64,000 nt of DNA from Dehalococcoidia bacterium. Lineage in GTDB: Bacteria > Chloroflexota > Dehalococcoidia > Plut-88900. Made by a program: the position numbers and the translations under genes. Location of the stretch: NCBI GenBank assembly GCA_965197585.1, contig OZ240215.1:2400001-2464000 (forward strand). Direction: 5' to 3'. Each line of letters starts with the position of its first letter. The first letter of the stretch is position 1. Of this stretch, positions 10,118 through 19,594 are shown piece by piece. The notes beneath the pieces were generated by a model. That model made no database searches. It was not told where the DNA came from and saw only the letters and a program-made list of their open reading frames with translations.

Positions 10118-11140
10118 TTAGGCGGGGACGCCGGAGAGGCAACGTATGACCTGGTCGGTAAATTCGGTCGTTGACGCCGAGCCGCCTTGGTCGGGTGTGA
10201 GACAGCCGCCGTCCAGGTAGGTGTCCTGGATGGCGCTCTCGATCCGTTCGGCGATCACATCTTCGCCCAAGTGTCTCATCATCATGGCCGAGGTCAGTAT
10301 AAATGCGGTGGGATTGGCTAGTCCCTTGCCCGCTCCTTCCGGCCAGCTACCGTGCGTCGCCTCGAACACCGCACAATTCTCCCCCAGGTTCGCCCCCGGC
10401 ACCAGACCCAGTCCTCCGACCAGTCCCGCCGCCAAGTCCGAGATGATGTCCCCGTACAGGTTCTCCATCACCAGCACATCGAACCGGTCCGGGTGCAGCA
10501 CCAAGTGCTGGCAGGCCGCATCCACGATCATCTCCGTGTATTCGATTTGCGGGAACTCCTTGGCCACTCCCCGGCAGCAGTCCAGGAAAAGTCCGTCGGA
10601 GAGCTTCATTATGTTCGCCTTGTGCACCGCGGTCACCAGCTTACGGCCGTGGGCCTCGGCATATTCGAATGCGAATCGGGCTATGCGGGTCGACGCCGCT
10701 CTTGTAATCACTTTTACGCTCTGGACAATACCGGGTACTACTTCGTGCTCCACGCCTGCGTAAAGGTCCTCTGTATTCTCTCGTACTACCACCAGATCGA
10801 CATCCTGATACAGGCTTTGTGCACCGGGCAGGCTCTTGACAGGCCTCAGGCAGGCATAGAGGTCCAGGCTCTTCCTCAGCGTAACATTGAGGCTCGGGTA
10901 GCCCTCGGCGCTGGGTGTGGTCACGGGACCCTTCAGGGCCACGCCGTTCTTCTGCACGGACGCCAGGGCTTTGCCCGGAAGAAGTACGCCGTACTGCTCC
11001 CTCGCCGCCACCCCAATCTCTTGCCTGTCCCACTCAATACACGCCCCTGCCGCCTCCAGCACCCGCACCGCCGCCGCCGCCACCTCTGGCCCGATCCCAT
11101 CCCCTTCGATAAGGGTGACGTTATGTGTTTTCTCACTCAT
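10118..11140 (-). CDS. Isocitrate/isopropylmalate dehydrogenase family protein (NAD-dependent type)
   Basis: [41 protein letters not shown]; start placed at MSEKTH. Confidence 0.92.
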   Translation of the reverse strand: MSEKTHNVTLIEGDGIGPEVAAAAVRVLEAAGACIEWDRQEIGVAAREQYGVLLPGKALASVQKNGVALKGPVTTPSAEGYPSLNVTLRKSLDLYACLRPVKSLPGAQSLYQDVDLVVVRENTEDLYAGVEHEVVPGIVQSVKVITRAASTRIARFAFEYAEAHGRKLVTAVHKANIMKLSDGLFLDCCRGVAKEFPQIEYTEMIVDAACQHLVLHPDRFDVLVMENLYGDIISDLAAGLVGGLGLVPGANLGENCAVFEATHGSWPEGAGKGLANPTAFILTSAMMMRHLGEDVIAERIESAIQDTYLDGGCLTPDQGGSASTTEFTDQVIRCLSGVPA

Positions 11141-11252
11141 TAAGCACATTATCAGCCCACTGGCAGGGGGATTCAATGGGCACTGCAATCTTGCACATCA
11201 ACTTCGCATACTTAGGGGTGCCAAGGACTCAAATCAGCATTACAATTACCTC

Positions 11253-12092
11253 ATGATCATCGACTTCCACGCCCACATATTCCCCGGCAGCGTCAGAACC
11301 AACCGAACTCCCTACCTCGAACGTGACGCCACATTCTCCCACCTCTACTCCGACCCCAAGGCCCGGCTCAGTTCCGCCGAGGAGCTCGTCAAAAAAATGG
11401 ACCGGGACGGCATAGACGTCGCCGTGACCCTTGGCATGGGCTGGAAGGTCCACGACTTCGCCGTGGAGGCTAACGACTACATCCTTGAGTCCGCCAGGGC
11501 TTTTCCCGACCGCCTCATCCCCTTTTGCACCGTCAACCCTGCCCTCGGCGATGTCGCGGTCGCAGAGATAGAAAGGTGCGCCGACCTCGGGGCCCGAGGC
11601 ATCGGAGAACTCCACTCTTACGCCCAAGGCTACCGGCTGGATGACGAACGGGTCATGGCCCCCATTATGGAAGTCGCCATTGCCCGAGACCTCATCGTAC
11701 TCACTCACTCCTCGGAACCCGTGGGGCACATATATGCAGGCAAGGGCACCGTCACCCCGGACGAGCTCTCCCGCTTCATCGAAATGTTCCCCGAGGCCAA
11801 GATCGTCTGTGCCCACTGGGGCGGAGGTCTCCCCTTCTATGCCCTCATGCCAGAGGTCTCCGAGGCCATGCGCAACGTCTACTTCGACTCCGCCGCTTCA
11901 CCCTTCCTCTACACTCCAGAAGTCTTCTCCAACGCCGTCAACCTCGTCGGACCTAACAAGATCCTCTTCGGCACCGACTACCCTCTAATCAGCCACAAGA
12001 GACTGCTCGCCCAGGTCGAAACCCAAGCCCTTGCCCCCAAGACCAAGGCCGCCGTCCTAGGGGGCAACGCACGCAAGCTGCTGGGGATTTAG
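11253..12092 (+). CDS. Amidohydrolase family protein (Amidohydro_2)
   Basis: IIDFHAH, GIGELH, AHWGGG, FGTDYP; start placed at ATG 11253. Confidence 0.9.
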   Translation: MIIDFHAHIFPGSVRTNRTPYLERDATFSHLYSDPKARLSSAEELVKKMDRDGIDVAVTLGMGWKVHDFAVEANDYILESARAFPDRLIPFCTVNPALGDVAVAEIERCADLGARGIGELHSYAQGYRLDDERVMAPIMEVAIARDLIVLTHSSEPVGHIYAGKGTVTPDELSRFIEMFPEAKIVCAHWGGGLPFYALMPEVSEAMRNVYFDSAASPFLYTPEVFSNAVNLVGPNKILFGTDYPLISHKRLLAQVETQALAPKTKAAVLGGNARKLLGI

Positions 12093-12124
12093 CCGTCAAG
12101 ATTGAGCAAAGAGGAATCGATACA

Positions 12125-12622
12125 GTGAATGAACCGGATGAATTCAAGGCGCTGGACACCTACTACGAGACTGCCAATGCACACTTTGACCGTTTGAACG
12201 GATACTTCGATCAAATAGACACGAAAGCTGGCATTCTGGTGGCGATTTTAGCAGGAGTGCCTATCGCTACGCTGGGTTTCGCGTTCCGATTAGGTAAAGG
12301 CGAATTGGATGTAGCCGCGCCTGTTCTCGGTGGCGCGGGGCTGGTAGCTTTCCTGATCGCTGGATTTCGATTGGTCAAAGCCGTGTGGGTTAGAGACGTC
12401 AGCTTCGGCGTCCCACAAAATGAGTTGCGCAAGTAAGCCTGGGACTACGAAAACGATACGCTAAAGGAATGGGTTGCGGACCTATTGGTCAAGTCTTCAG
12501 AACACAACTATGCAGTAATGCAGACTAAACTGAAGCACCTCCAAGCCGTGTTTCCGTTTCTAGTCCTCGAGGTGCTCCTTTTCTTGGCAGCAAGCGCCTA
12601 CCTGCTTTTCAACAAGCTATAG
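12125..12622 (+). pseudogene. 3-TM membrane protein with D-x-K-A motif, interrupted by in-frame TAA at 12434-12436
   Basis: The same frame continues after TAA (AWDYENDTLKEW...NYAVMQTKLKHLQAVFPFLVLEVLLFLAASAYLLFNKL*) to TAG at 12620-12622. Confidence 0.65.
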
Positions 12623-12748
12623 ACCTCTCTTACCCCAAAGAGGCTCTCCCGGCGGCGGCTTCTTCGGAAGGGTCTCGGATTGCGTTGCCTGCTTGTCCGG
12701 TACTGACTTCTGTGTCATTTCCGTGGATTTTGAAGTTGATTCACCCAT
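12617..12748 (-). CDS. 43-aa Pro-rich small peptide (not in ORF track)
   Basis: AGGAGAG RBS then MGESTSKSTEMTQKSVPDKQATQSETLPKKPPPGEPLWGKRGL*. Confidence 0.55.
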   Translation of the reverse strand: MGESTSKSTEMTQKSVPDKQATQSETLPKKPPPGEPLWGKRGL

Positions 12749-12831
12749 TATGCTCTCCTGGAAGGCTGACCAACGACTCTGCCCTTATTATAAGATGATT
12801 TATGAACCGTTGCAGGAATTCCACCATCCCC

Positions 12832-13365
12832 ATGAACACTCTCCCCGACTTCCTCCGCCCGGGCCTCGACCTGGTTTTCGTCGGCATAAATCCGGGAAGC
12901 TATTCCGCGGCCAAGGGGCACTACTACGCCCGGCCCGGCAACCTTTTCTGGTGGGCTCTTAGCGAATCGGGCCTGATAGACGGACCCGCTAGCCCCGACA
13001 TGGACGCCTCCCTCCTAGACCGAGGCATAGGCTTCACCGACGTCGCCAAGCGTCCATCCAACGCCGCCTCCGACCTTCCCCGCTCCGAGTTCACCACTGG
13101 CGCCTCCGTCCTGATCGAGAAGTTAAGGCACTTCCAGCCCCTGGTCGCCTGCTTCAACGGTATCACCGCCTATGCTCACTGCTTCGGTCCCAGCGCTTCC
13201 CCCGGCCCTCGCCCCGAGCGCATAGGCCGCACCCAGATCTACGTGGTCCCCTCCACCAGCCGGCGCAACGCCCACTACCAGAAGGACGACATCCTCCACT
13301 GGTTCCAGGGCCTCAAGCAATTCCTCCAACAGGTACGGGAGCAGTCCGGTGAGCCGCACCCCTAG
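12832..13365 (+). CDS. mug: G/U mismatch-specific DNA glycosylase
   Basis: LPDFLRPGLDLVFVGINPG, GHYYARPGNLFW, PSTS. Confidence 0.92.
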   Translation: MNTLPDFLRPGLDLVFVGINPGSYSAAKGHYYARPGNLFWWALSESGLIDGPASPDMDASLLDRGIGFTDVAKRPSNAASDLPRSEFTTGASVLIEKLRHFQPLVACFNGITAYAHCFGPSASPGPRPERIGRTQIYVVPSTSRRNAHYQKDDILHWFQGLKQFLQQVREQSGEPHP

Positions 13366-13966
13366 AGACCCCCACCCCACCCCCGCTACGACGCGCACTT
13401 TCATCGCCATTGAGATTCCCGTTAAGGTGAAAGACCTGATTGCATCCCATGTCGAGCGATTGAAGGGCCTCGTGCCCCGAGGCGTCAAATGGGTCGACCC
13501 TCAAACCTGTCACCTAACTCTCGCATTCCTCGGCAACGTGCCCAATGACCAACTCCCCACCCTGCCCCGATTGCTCAATGCGGTAGCTGCTGACTCCCCA
13601 CCCCTCCGCCTGAAAACAGGCATGTTGGGCACATTCCCCAGTCACACTCGACCCCGTGTCCTCTGGCTCGGCCTGGATGGAGACACCCAACTCCTCTCTC
13701 GAATGCAAGGCCACTTGCAGGATGCCCTGGAGGCCGACGGTTTCCCCCGAGAACGACGAGCTTTCAATCCCCACGTCACTCTCGGCCGAGCCCGAGGCAA
13801 GGGCGCCATCCCCATTCCAGAGGCCGTCCTGAATAGACTGGCAGAAGACACGCTGGCCTTAGAAGTCCGGGAAATTGTCCTCATGTCCAGCGTCCTCACC
13901 GCTCGCGGCCCCATCCATATGCCGATTCACAGAGCCCCTCTTTCACTGGCTTCTCATATTCCTTGA
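13349..13966 (+). CDS. thpR: RNA 2',3'-cyclic phosphodiesterase
   Basis: RTFIAI, two HxT motifs (HLTLAFLG, HVTLGR), PRVLW. Confidence 0.93.
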   Translation: MSRTPRDPHPTPATTRTFIAIEIPVKVKDLIASHVERLKGLVPRGVKWVDPQTCHLTLAFLGNVPNDQLPTLPRLLNAVAADSPPLRLKTGMLGTFPSHTRPRVLWLGLDGDTQLLSRMQGHLQDALEADGFPRERRAFNPHVTLGRARGKGAIPIPEAVLNRLAEDTLALEVREIVLMSSVLTARGPIHMPIHRAPLSLASHIP

Positions 13967-14082
13967 CCTCAGTCGGCCCCAATCTGTATCCAAGGTTGAC
14001 GATGGAGTGGGGAAATGTAAGATAGAAGCCATGAGTTAGGGTGGTCTGGCTACGATTGGAGAAAGATTGGGAGGAAGACGTT

Positions 14083-15450
14083 ATGCCACCGAAAAAAGCG
14101 CCGTTTCTGACTAAACCCTACAGCGGATACCTGCACAGTGAGGTGCCGGAGGACGATAGGGAGCTGACGAGGGTCGGCCCCGGCACCCCGATGGGCGAGT
14201 ACCTCCGCCGGTTCTGGCAGCCGCTCCTGCTTAGCGAGCAGATAACCGACCTGCCCGTGCCGATTACGAGGTTCGATGAAGAGCTGGTCGCCTTTCGTGA
14301 TGGGGATGGACGGGTCGGCATCGTGGAATCCCACTGCTCTCATCGCGGTACTTCACTGGAATACGGTAAGGTCGAGCAGCGAGGCATCCGATGCTGCTAT
14401 CACGGATGGCTCTACGACATAGACGGAAGGATACTCGAAACCCCCGGTGAGCCCGAGACCAGCACCCTAAAGGACCGCCTTTGCCACGGCGCCTATCCGG
14501 CCATAGAGTACGGCGGTCTGGTATTCGCCTACATGGGCCCCCCGGACGAGACTCCTGAGTTCCCCAACTTCGATATATTCAGTTCCCCCGGCTATCACCT
14601 CGAGCCCGGTGTCCACCTCAAACCTACCGATGACGGGATTATTCCCAACCCGAAGCCCTGCAACTGGCTCCAGGTTATGGACAACCTGCTGGACCCGGTC
14701 CACGAGGAGTTCCTCCACGCGACTATTTCCGGTATCCAGTTCGTGGACAAGAGCGGCGCCCCGATTAAAGAATTGGCCATCAACGGGGAACTCGGTTTCG
14801 TAGAGACCCCGACGGGGGTCATTACCATGGACGTGCGCCGCGTCAGCCCCGAAACCGTGTGGGTGCGAAACATCGAATTCCTCTGGCCCAACTTGGGATG
14901 CCTGGGCGCCCCGCCTACGCTTCCCTACGAGTGGGGCCCTGATGAACAGGAGTTCCACGACCTTCCCACCACACTTATGTGGGCCGTTCCCGTGGACGAC
15001 TACAACTGCGTGGAGATCGACTTCTACCTGGTGCCCGACGGAGCAAAGGTGCCACCCGAAAGACGGTTCTCCCTGGCCCAGCGCGCCAACCGCGGAGGCC
15101 GTGAGTACGATGACATGCAGCGAGGCCCGGGTGACTTCGAGGCCATGATCAGCCAAAGGCCCATCGCCGTGCATGCAATGGAGCACCTGGGAGCCGAAGA
15201 CCGGGGGGTAACCATGTACCGCAAGGGCCTCAGGCGGCGGGTGCGGATGCTGAAGAAAGAAGAGTCACCACCTGAGATAGCGGTCATGGCAGGCAAGATG
15301 GTGAACACCTTCGGCGGCGACACACTGCTCCGCGTCCCGGAGGCGGAGGACAGGGCCAAGGACAAGAAACTGCTCAAGCAATTGGGTATCGAGATGGCGG
15401 AGCGGTACTTGAGAGAGCTTCCCAACCATCCGGGGAACGGGACATCTTAG
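14083..15450 (+). CDS. Rieske non-heme iron oxygenase alpha subunit (phthalate 4,5-dioxygenase-like)
   Basis: LTRVGPGTPMG.YLRRFW, CSHRG...CCYHGW, DNLLDPVHEEFLH. Confidence 0.92.
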   Translation: MPPKKAPFLTKPYSGYLHSEVPEDDRELTRVGPGTPMGEYLRRFWQPLLLSEQITDLPVPITRFDEELVAFRDGDGRVGIVESHCSHRGTSLEYGKVEQRGIRCCYHGWLYDIDGRILETPGEPETSTLKDRLCHGAYPAIEYGGLVFAYMGPPDETPEFPNFDIFSSPGYHLEPGVHLKPTDDGIIPNPKPCNWLQVMDNLLDPVHEEFLHATISGIQFVDKSGAPIKELAINGELGFVETPTGVITMDVRRVSPETVWVRNIEFLWPNLGCLGAPPTLPYEWGPDEQEFHDLPTTLMWAVPVDDYNCVEIDFYLVPDGAKVPPERRFSLAQRANRGGREYDDMQRGPGDFEAMISQRPIAVHAMEHLGAEDRGVTMYRKGLRRRVRMLKKEESPPEIAVMAGKMVNTFGGDTLLRVPEAEDRAKDKKLLKQLGIEMAERYLRELPNHPGNGTS

Positions 15451-15452
15451 GG

Positions 15453-15752
15453 ATGACCCAGCTCCACCAACTGGTTTCGGACATGCCTCTTCCTCCAGGA
15501 TTTCACCTGGAGGAAGAGTTGGAAGCACGCGGCATGAGTCAAAAAGAACTCGCAGCAAGGATGCAAAGGCCGCCCCAAGTAATAAACGAGATAATCAAAG
15601 CTAAGAAGTCGATTACCCCGGAGACTGCAATCGGACTGGAGAAGGCACTGGGCATCGACGCCCATTTCTGGTCCAACCTCGAATCCAGTTACCGTTTGGC
15701 GCTTGCTCGGAATCGTGATAAAGAAACACATTCGGCTGTGGCCAACGGATAA
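15453..15752 (+). CDS. HigA-family HTH antitoxin-like protein (orphan)
   Basis: PPGFHLEEELEARGMSQKELA...INEII...ITPETA...FWSNLES. Confidence 0.85.
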   Translation: MTQLHQLVSDMPLPPGFHLEEELEARGMSQKELAARMQRPPQVINEIIKAKKSITPETAIGLEKALGIDAHFWSNLESSYRLALARNRDKETHSAVANG

Positions 15753-15842
15753 TGGTTCCCGCCTTTGTCTTTCATGCAGAAAGTGATTATTATTACAATC
15801 GCTTTTCTAGGGCCCATCGTGACCACCAAGGAGGAGTTCTAA

Positions 15843-16763
15843 ATGCCGCCCTTCGCCTTCTTCAAAGGAGATTTCGTGCCGCTGGCCGAGGCCAAGGTCG
15901 GAATCATGACCCACGCCCTCAACTACGGCACCGCCGTCTTCGAAGGCATTCGTGGCAACTGGAACCAGGAAGACTGTCAGATCTACCTCTTCCGTGTCAA
16001 AGAGCACTTTGAGCGGCTTCACAAGAGTGCCCGGATACTCAATATGACATTGGCCTACTCCGTAGACGAGCTCTTTGACATCACCCTGAAGCTTGTCGAG
16101 ATGTGCAAGTTCGAAGAGGACATCTACGTCCGGCCCATGGTCTACCAGAGTGGCGAGGTGCTGGGCGTCCGCTCCCACGACGTGGAAAACGACTTCTTCA
16201 TCTTCGTCGCTCCTTTTGGTCCCTACTTCAGCGGGGACGAGGGCATACGTTGCTGCATTTCCAGTTGGCGCAGGCCCCTGGACACCATGATTCCCCCCCG
16301 AGCCAAGGTCACCGGCATTTACGTGAACAGCGCCATGGCCAAGACCGAGGCCATGCTCAACGGCTTCGACGAGGGCATCATGCTCACCCAGGACGGGCAC
16401 GTCTGCGAAGGCAGCGGTGAGAACCTGTTCGTAGTGGATAACGGGACCCTGGTCACTCCATCCCCCGCCGACAGCGTCCTCCTAGGCATTACCAGAAGCA
16501 CCGTCATGGAGATTGCTAAGAAGGAGATGGGGATGCCTACATGGGAACGCCAGGTAGACCGGAGCGAACTCTATTCCGCCTCCGAAGTGTTCCTGACAGG
16601 CACCGCAGCCCACATCACGCCCGTCATCGAAATCGATAATCGGGCTATAGGCGCCGGAAAGGTGGGCCCCGTGACCCGGCAGATCTCCGACACCTATGTG
16701 GACATCATCCGGGGCAAGAATGAAAAGTACGGCGCCTGGTGCACTCCGGTTTACGGTAGCTGA
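15843..16763 (+). CDS. ilvE: Branched-chain amino acid aminotransferase
   Basis: HALNYGTAVFEGIR, AKVTG.YVNS, EGSGENLF, LLGITR, FLTGTAA. Confidence 0.96.
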   Translation: MPPFAFFKGDFVPLAEAKVGIMTHALNYGTAVFEGIRGNWNQEDCQIYLFRVKEHFERLHKSARILNMTLAYSVDELFDITLKLVEMCKFEEDIYVRPMVYQSGEVLGVRSHDVENDFFIFVAPFGPYFSGDEGIRCCISSWRRPLDTMIPPRAKVTGIYVNSAMAKTEAMLNGFDEGIMLTQDGHVCEGSGENLFVVDNGTLVTPSPADSVLLGITRSTVMEIAKKEMGMPTWERQVDRSELYSASEVFLTGTAAHITPVIEIDNRAIGAGKVGPVTRQISDTYVDIIRGKNEKYGAWCTPVYGS

Positions 16764-16786
16764 CGCCAATCCCCCACATATAAAGT

Positions 16787-16822
16787 AAAACGGCTGGTGC
16801 GCTGAGCGCACCAGCCATTTTT
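16787..16822. terminator. Bidirectional intrinsic terminator
   Basis: AAAAC-GGCTGGTGCGC-tga-GCGCACCAGCC-ATTTTT between convergent genes. Confidence 0.8.
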
Positions 16823-16839
16823 GCCCTTCGCCATTTCCC

Positions 16840-17961
16840 CTAGTTAAGGCTGTAAAGCCGCGCGCAATTGTCCCACAGGATCTTCTTGCGGGACTCATCA
16901 CTAACGCCTTCCATTTCCATGAAAGTGTCGGTGGCATGGGGGAACTTGCAGTCGGAGTGGGGGTAGTCGGTGGTGAACACCAGGTGCTCATCCCCATAGT
17001 ACCTTATAACGTCGGTGACCATGTATTCATCCACGTCGACAGAGATAAAGCACTGCCTCCTGAACAGGTCGCTGGGTTTCTCCGAAAGGTTGATGACGCC
17101 GTCCAACCCCTCATACAGCTCATACCGTTCATCAAGCCGGTAGAGAAGCCAGGGCAGCCAGCTGCAGTTGCCTTCCAGTATGGCGACGGTCATCTTGGGA
17201 AAGCGGTCCAGGATGCCTCCGGCGGTCATGTAGATGGTCGCCAGCATATCTTCCATCGGCTGGTCGAATGTCTCCCCTAGCCACGTCAGTTTATCAAGAG
17301 TCGCGAACCGGTTGGACCAGTGGACCTGGTTAGGGGAGAAGCTGGGATGGAATGTGACGGGAAGATCGAGGTCCTGCGCCTCCTCCCATATCGGGTCGAA
17401 ATAGGGCTCAGGCAGTTGCCGCCCGAGCACCGGCTCAGGTGTTAGGCAGGATGCCACGTGTCCAAGGTCTTTCTTAATTCTACGCATTTCCTGTGCCGCC
17501 AGGGTTGCGTCGTGGAGTGTGATCAGACCGGCGGCCTTCATTCTGGCCGGGTCCTCATTGCAGAAGTCGGTGATCCAGTCGTTCCAGGCCTTGTTCAGGT
17601 CGTTGGCGTATTCAGGCTCGTGGGCGTCGTCGGTGTGGAGAGGCAGCGTACGGAACATGACTGCCACGTCGATGCCTTCCATCTCCATTGCCTGGAGCTG
17701 GGACACGGAGTCGAAGTCCCTGTCGCTGCCAATCTTGAATCTGTCGGCAACCTTAGAGTCGAGATCCGGGGCGTTGGTGTTCTGGGTTCTTCGAATGCGT
17801 TCTCCCTGGGCCGTCGTGTAGCGCACACCTCCGTACGGACGGGCCCGTTCCCCCCTGGGAATCCGGTCTCCCCATTTCGGGTCCATGTAGGTGGTGTAAA
17901 GGTCTGCCGGCTCCAGTACGTGCAGGTCGGAATCCATTACCTTGTAACCGTTCTTGCCCAT
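16840..17961 (-). CDS. Amidohydrolase family protein (Amidohydro_2)
   Basis: DSDLHVLEP, FHP, LEGNCSWLP, TDYPHSD. Confidence 0.92.
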   Translation of the reverse strand: MGKNGYKVMDSDLHVLEPADLYTTYMDPKWGDRIPRGERARPYGGVRYTTAQGERIRRTQNTNAPDLDSKVADRFKIGSDRDFDSVSQLQAMEMEGIDVAVMFRTLPLHTDDAHEPEYANDLNKAWNDWITDFCNEDPARMKAAGLITLHDATLAAQEMRRIKKDLGHVASCLTPEPVLGRQLPEPYFDPIWEEAQDLDLPVTFHPSFSPNQVHWSNRFATLDKLTWLGETFDQPMEDMLATIYMTAGGILDRFPKMTVAILEGNCSWLPWLLYRLDERYELYEGLDGVINLSEKPSDLFRRQCFISVDVDEYMVTDVIRYYGDEHLVFTTDYPHSDCKFPHATDTFMEMEGVSDESRKKILWDNCARLYSLN

Positions 17962-18163
17962 AGCTTCTCCTCCTCGTTTCCGCTAAAAAATCACCTGCAC
18001 CATCCCGAGTCGGTTGTTTGCCACCTCCGGCGCCCGAGCGTGCGGCCCTGCCGTGAAACGCGCCCGATTCTAGGCACGGGGAAGGGGCGTTGTCAATGCA
18101 GCTAGCCACCACATCAGACCCTGCGCTATAATAAAACCCCGTTTGTTCCTTTTGAGCGGTTTT

Positions 18164-18240
18164 GGCCCCGTGGTGTAGCGGACTAACATGCCACCCTGTC
18201 ACGGTGGAGATCGCCGGTTCGAATCCGGTCGGGGTCGCCA
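18164..18240 (+). tRNA. tRNA-Asp(GTC)
   Basis: Cloverleaf GGCCCCG...CGGGGTC-GCCA, anticodon arm CCACC-CT-GTC-AC-GGTGG, GGTTCGAATCC; TATAAT at 18127. Confidence 0.97.
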
Positions 18241-18253
18241 TACCGCACAAAAG

Positions 18254-18490
18254 CTAGAGTCGTTTTCCATTCAGCCTAAAGACCGTCCAGGGGAATGGGG
18301 ACGGCATAGGTGCTGATGGGGATACCTTCAATCCTTGGCCTCGGGCCAACACCGCCAACTTCTCTCGACAGAAGCCCATAGCTTCTCTCCATGCCTTCAC
18401 CTGGATCGCCACCTCTCCCCTCAACACCCTCTTGGGCCGCTCCGGCGCCGTCCACCGCCGCTTTACTCCCTGCCGCCGCACATACCCCAC
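18254..18490 (-). pseudogene. Possible degenerate XRE-type HTH fragment
   Basis: VKAWREAMGFCREKLAVL resembles XRE helices 1-2; the rest is degenerate. Confidence 0.25.
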
Positions 18491-18786
18491 GGCTGCCTCC
18501 CTCGCTCCACCCAGCGTTTAACCGTCCGTCGATCTATCCCCAACCGTCGAACCTCTTCCGAATAGTTTCCGCCACGTGCTTTCCAAGTCTCAATGATCGC
18601 TCTGATCCCTACTCTCGCCATGTTTCGTTCTATCTGTCTGTGCTATATGTTGTGAGAGATCAAACCCTTGATGCTCTACTGAAACAATTTTGCTACCCTA
18701 TCGCGTAGCTTTCAACACACCTCCACATGACCCCGAAACCCCTCTTTTACTAAGCAGCAACTAAACGATTTCATTGAGGAGTCACG

Positions 18787-19431
18787 ATGATTTATGAAGT
18801 CTTTACCTACACCTTGAAGCCCGGAAGCGTAGCCCAGTACGAAGAGATTTTCGCCGCCGCCCTACCCCACAGAGAGAGGTTTTCCAAGCTCGGAGCATTC
18901 TGGTGCACCGAAATCGGACCTTTGAATCAGGTGATTCACGTCTGGCCCTACGAAAGCATCGAAAAGCGAACTTCCATTCGGGAACAAGTCCGCAATTCCA
19001 TTCGAGAGGAAGCAGGGAAAGATCCCAACTGGCCCCCAGCCTATGACCCGGACATATTTGTGATTACGAACTCTGAAATCTTCCTGCCTGCACCATTCAT
19101 GCGTCCTCTCGGCGGAGACCAGGCTTTGGGGAATTTCTACGAAGTGCGCTCATACACATACAAGAGGGGCAGCATGGGTAAGGTCATCGACATATGGGCA
19201 CAAGCCATCCCCCATCGTGAAAAACACTCTCCATTGGCAGCTGCGATGTACGCAGACATAGGCGGGCTGAACAAATGGGTTCACATTTGGCCCTACAACG
19301 ATCTAGGGCAACGGGAACGGATCCGAAGTGAGGCCTTAAAGAGCCCGCATTGGCCGCCCCCCACCCGAGAATGGCTAGTAAATCAGGAAACCAAGATCAT
19401 GGTTCCTTCGGCCTTCTCTCCAATGCATTAA
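18787..19431 (+). CDS. NIPSNAP family protein (two domains)
   Basis: MIYEVFTYTLKPG, EIGPLNQVIHVWPY, YEVRSYT, IGGLNKWVHIWPY, FSPMH. Confidence 0.93.
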   Translation: MIYEVFTYTLKPGSVAQYEEIFAAALPHRERFSKLGAFWCTEIGPLNQVIHVWPYESIEKRTSIREQVRNSIREEAGKDPNWPPAYDPDIFVITNSEIFLPAPFMRPLGGDQALGNFYEVRSYTYKRGSMGKVIDIWAQAIPHREKHSPLAAAMYADIGGLNKWVHIWPYNDLGQRERIRSEALKSPHWPPPTREWLVNQETKIMVPSAFSPMH

Positions 19432-19594
19432 GTCTTGTGAGAGTTCGGAGGATTGAGCCTGAAGGAAGGCTCTGTGACTAGCGCCAGGGCGGGAATCAAC
19501 AACGAAGAGTCTCCTTGCCTTGGGCACATCCTGTGCTCATAAAGCCGCGTTGTGGCCAAATTGTTACACCCTTTGCATTAAGAATGCCTAGGCC

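Noticed and set aside
12434-12436. Possible Sec/Pyl readthrough at the in-frame stop
   Set aside because: The codon is TAA, not TGA or TAG
12125-12622. Complete Pycsar/CBASS defence system
   Set aside because: No nucleotide cyclase or CD-NTase nearby; only a loose motif resemblance to the effector
17753-18250. 165-aa minus-strand ORF starting MCGMATPTGFEPAIS
   Set aside because: Antisense translation of tRNA-Asp and its flank
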